Origin: Candidatus Hodarchaeota archaeon
Lineage (GTDB): Archaea > Asgardarchaeota > Heimdallarchaeia > Hodarchaeales > Hodarchaeaceae
Assembly: GCA_016839815.1 (NCBI GenBank)
Contig: JAEOTM010000085.1
Location: 1 to 17,445 of the forward strand
Length of the DNA: 17,445 bases
Direction of reading: 5' to 3'
Part shown: one piece after another, positions 15,654 to 17,445 of the stretch
Position numbering within the stretch: the stretch's first letter is position 1
How the letters are laid out: the number at the start of each line of letters is the position of its first letter
The notes under the pieces: model-generated
Seen by the model: the letters and a program-made list of their open reading frames with translations, nothing else
Database searches by the model: none
Told to the model about the DNA's origin: nothing
Program-made: the position numbers and the translations under genes

Positions 15654-16415
15654 ATGGCCGCCAAAGACATAGTTGTCACCTGTGTCTGGACAACGGATGG
15701 ATTTGTTCTCCTAGATAAGAAGAATCAACCTACTCCAGATGAAGCAGTTCTTAAAATTGATGAAGGTACTGAAACGATTTCTGTAACTATTCCAAGTGAA
15801 CTTTCTTTAATTACAAAGAAAATTATTGAACGAAGAGTTCAATCTATAGCAAAAAGTGGATTTTCGCTACCCAGTACCAGTTTACGAATAGGAGGAGGAT
15901 TCAAGGTTGAAATCAATAAAACAGACGAAATTCCTGATGTCTTACTCCAAGAAGGACACAAATACACATTTGGTGAATTTTCTCCTCTTGAAAAAGAACG
16001 TAAACAACAAGAACTACGCCCTAAACTCCCTTCAGAAATGGAAGATGATTATGTTCCCTCTTTCTTAATTCATGAACCTACTGAACAAGCATCCCAGATT
16101 TCTCAGGTAGTAATGGAGATGGAAAAACCCGAAGAATCGGTAATATCCATTGAAACAGAAAAATCTGAAGTATCTAAAGTAATAACAACAGAAATTCCTG
16201 CAGAAAGCATTGCAGGAAAATTTGTCATTGCATTGAGTGAGTTTGGAGATATATACCTAAGTAGACAAAAAAATACTTTTACAGTCGAATATACCAAAGG
16301 ACGTGTGGATTTTGAAGTCCAAAATAATAAAGTAACTATATTATCCACAGAAAGAGTACCAAAGGATGATGACTCAATTAGATCCGCTTTGGAAAAAGCA
16401 GAACGGGAATCCTAA
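15654..16415 (+). CDS. Hypothetical two-domain protein; N-terminal divergent gelsolin-like domain, acidic linker, small alpha/beta C-domain
   Basis: GAGGGA SD in the 12-nt gap after the previous stop. Residues ~28-104 follow the gelsolin-repeat pattern by eye (see findings). The CDS is secure; the fold call is inference. Confidence 0.65.
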   Translation: MAAKDIVVTCVWTTDGFVLLDKKNQPTPDEAVLKIDEGTETISVTIPSELSLITKKIIERRVQSIAKSGFSLPSTSLRIGGGFKVEINKTDEIPDVLLQEGHKYTFGEFSPLEKERKQQELRPKLPSEMEDDYVPSFLIHEPTEQASQISQVVMEMEKPEESVISIETEKSEVSKVITTEIPAESIAGKFVIALSEFGDIYLSRQKNTFTVEYTKGRVDFEVQNNKVTILSTERVPKDDDSIRSALEKAERES

Positions 16416-16434
16416 ACCTAGTTGTTACCTAATA

Positions 16435-17445
16435 CTATTCTAAATTGGAAGGAAGAATTTCTCTACTTCTAGTTGTATAAGTTATAATTTCTTGGGTAAA
16501 TAGATCAACTAGATGTCCATTTGTCGTGATTACCCCAACTAACTCCTCTTTATCTGGTTGTGTAGGTTCAGGACAAATTAAAAGTTCCTCGGCATCTCGT
16601 ATACATCCCCAGAATTCAATTCCATCGAGTTGTTTTAGACGAATATTGGAGGATGAAATGACTTTCTTAAGGGTTGTTTTAGGAACTTTGACGAAGTCTC
16701 CGATAATGGTGACACGGGTTTTAAATGGTAACTTAGAGGCAGTAATTAATGTTTGTAATTCAGGGCGGGGCATGAGAATGGTGAGGGATGATTTTGTTCT
16801 TACGGTTAAGTCACGAAGAAGCATAATGATTACTGGTTCTCCAATGATCAGGTCAGTATCTAATAATGAGGGATCTAGCTCACTTAATTCGACCAAACTC
16901 ATCACATTAGTAACTTTGGTTAGTTTTTGTTTCATTTCCTTAATTGAAAAAATTAACGCAGATACTTCATCCTCTAGTTGCCTTTCTGTTCTCGTTATTG
17001 ATTTATTTATCTCTTCTTTAATTCCTTCAAGATTGGAAACAAATGTATTTAGCTGTTCCAAAGCATAGGTGTTAGTAAAAGTTGTCAATCCTACAAAATA
17101 TGACTTCAACGATGTATCCATATCAATAATATTCTTAGATGTATTATTAAGACCTGTCTTCACTTTTTTGTCTATTTCATCTAAATGTGCGATTTTTTTC
17201 GCAAGTTCGCTTTCTTCAATAACTCTAGATTTTCTTGTTTCAAAACTCTCAATTACTCCCCTTTTGAACTTATTAAATGAATTTTCAAATGTCTCAGAAA
17301 AAGCTTTTGTGGAATTATTGGATTCTGTTTCAAGATCCTGGATTAAAGATCTAAATGTATTATCTAAATCTCTTTTTAGAATTATTATTTGGTCATTAAT
17401 TCCCTGTTTAACCGTTAGTAAAGAATCATTCACTTCTTTGCCAAT
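16435..17445 (-). CDS. Long coiled-coil protein with C-terminal PLD-like/TrmB-effector-like domain, 5' end beyond window
   Basis: The frame stays open to the window edge (IGKEVNDS...), so GTG 17433 need not be the start. About 190 aa of heptad-like helix are followed by an alpha/beta domain (IIGE..I...L.D...RTKSSLTILMP ... RVTII ... NIRLKQ ... FWGCIRDAEELLIC ... VGVITTN..LV.LF). Confidence 0.75.
   Translation of the reverse strand: MGKEVNDSLLTVKQGINDQIIILKRDLDNTFRSLIQDLETESNNSTKAFSETFENSFNKFKRGVIESFETRKSRVIEESELAKKIAHLDEIDKKVKTGLNNTSKNIIDMDTSLKSYFVGLTTFTNTYALEQLNTFVSNLEGIKEEINKSITRTERQLEDEVSALIFSIKEMKQKLTKVTNVMSLVELSELDPSLLDTDLIIGEPVIIMLLRDLTVRTKSSLTILMPRPELQTLITASKLPFKTRVTIIGDFVKVPKTTLKKVISSSNIRLKQLDGIEFWGCIRDAEELLICPEPTQPDKEELVGVITTNGHLVDLFTQEIITYTTRSREILPSNLE

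Noticed and set aside
15394-17068. ORFs 15394-15591, 16103-16348 and the 180-aa 16526-17068
   Set aside because: Antisense mirrors of real genes; Ser/Ile-rich composition typical of shadow frames.
1-17445. tRNA, rRNA, CRISPR array, transposase/integrase or defence system
   Set aside because: No cloverleaf, repeat-spacer array, terminal inverted repeats or relevant protein motifs seen by eye; a covariance-model scan was not possible.

Overview
AT-rich archaeal chromosomal window with no mobile element, CRISPR array or RNA gene that I can detect. Gene content (archaeal G1P dehydrogenase, archaeal-type ArgRS, class III signal-peptide protein, GGR paralog, gelsolin-like protein, coiled-coil protein with a PLD/TrmB-like C-terminus) suggests an Asgard archaeon, possibly Heimdallarchaeia; this assignment is inference from pattern recognition only. 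The 12 supported CDSs, in order: egsA (-, runs off the left edge, missing from the ORF track, apparently non-canonical start); MprF-TM/UPF0104 flippase-like protein (-); argS (-); PLP aminotransferase (+); BshC-like ligase with a Zn-ribbon insert (-); 1007-aa pilin-signal Ig-repeat surface protein (+) followed by a terminator-like hairpin; GGR-family reductase (+); SNAP/TPR-like + Ig + coiled-coil protein (-); very acidic type I PRTase (+); a two-gene unit of a Pro-rich protein with an acidic amphipathic C-terminal helix and a divergent gelsolin-like protein (+); and a long coiled-coil protein truncated by the right edge (-). The best leads are the right-hand cluster of putative cytoskeleton/membrane-trafficking-like proteins and the BshC homolog with no bshA/bshB in the window. 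All fold assignments for hypothetical proteins are by eye and need HMM or structure confirmation.
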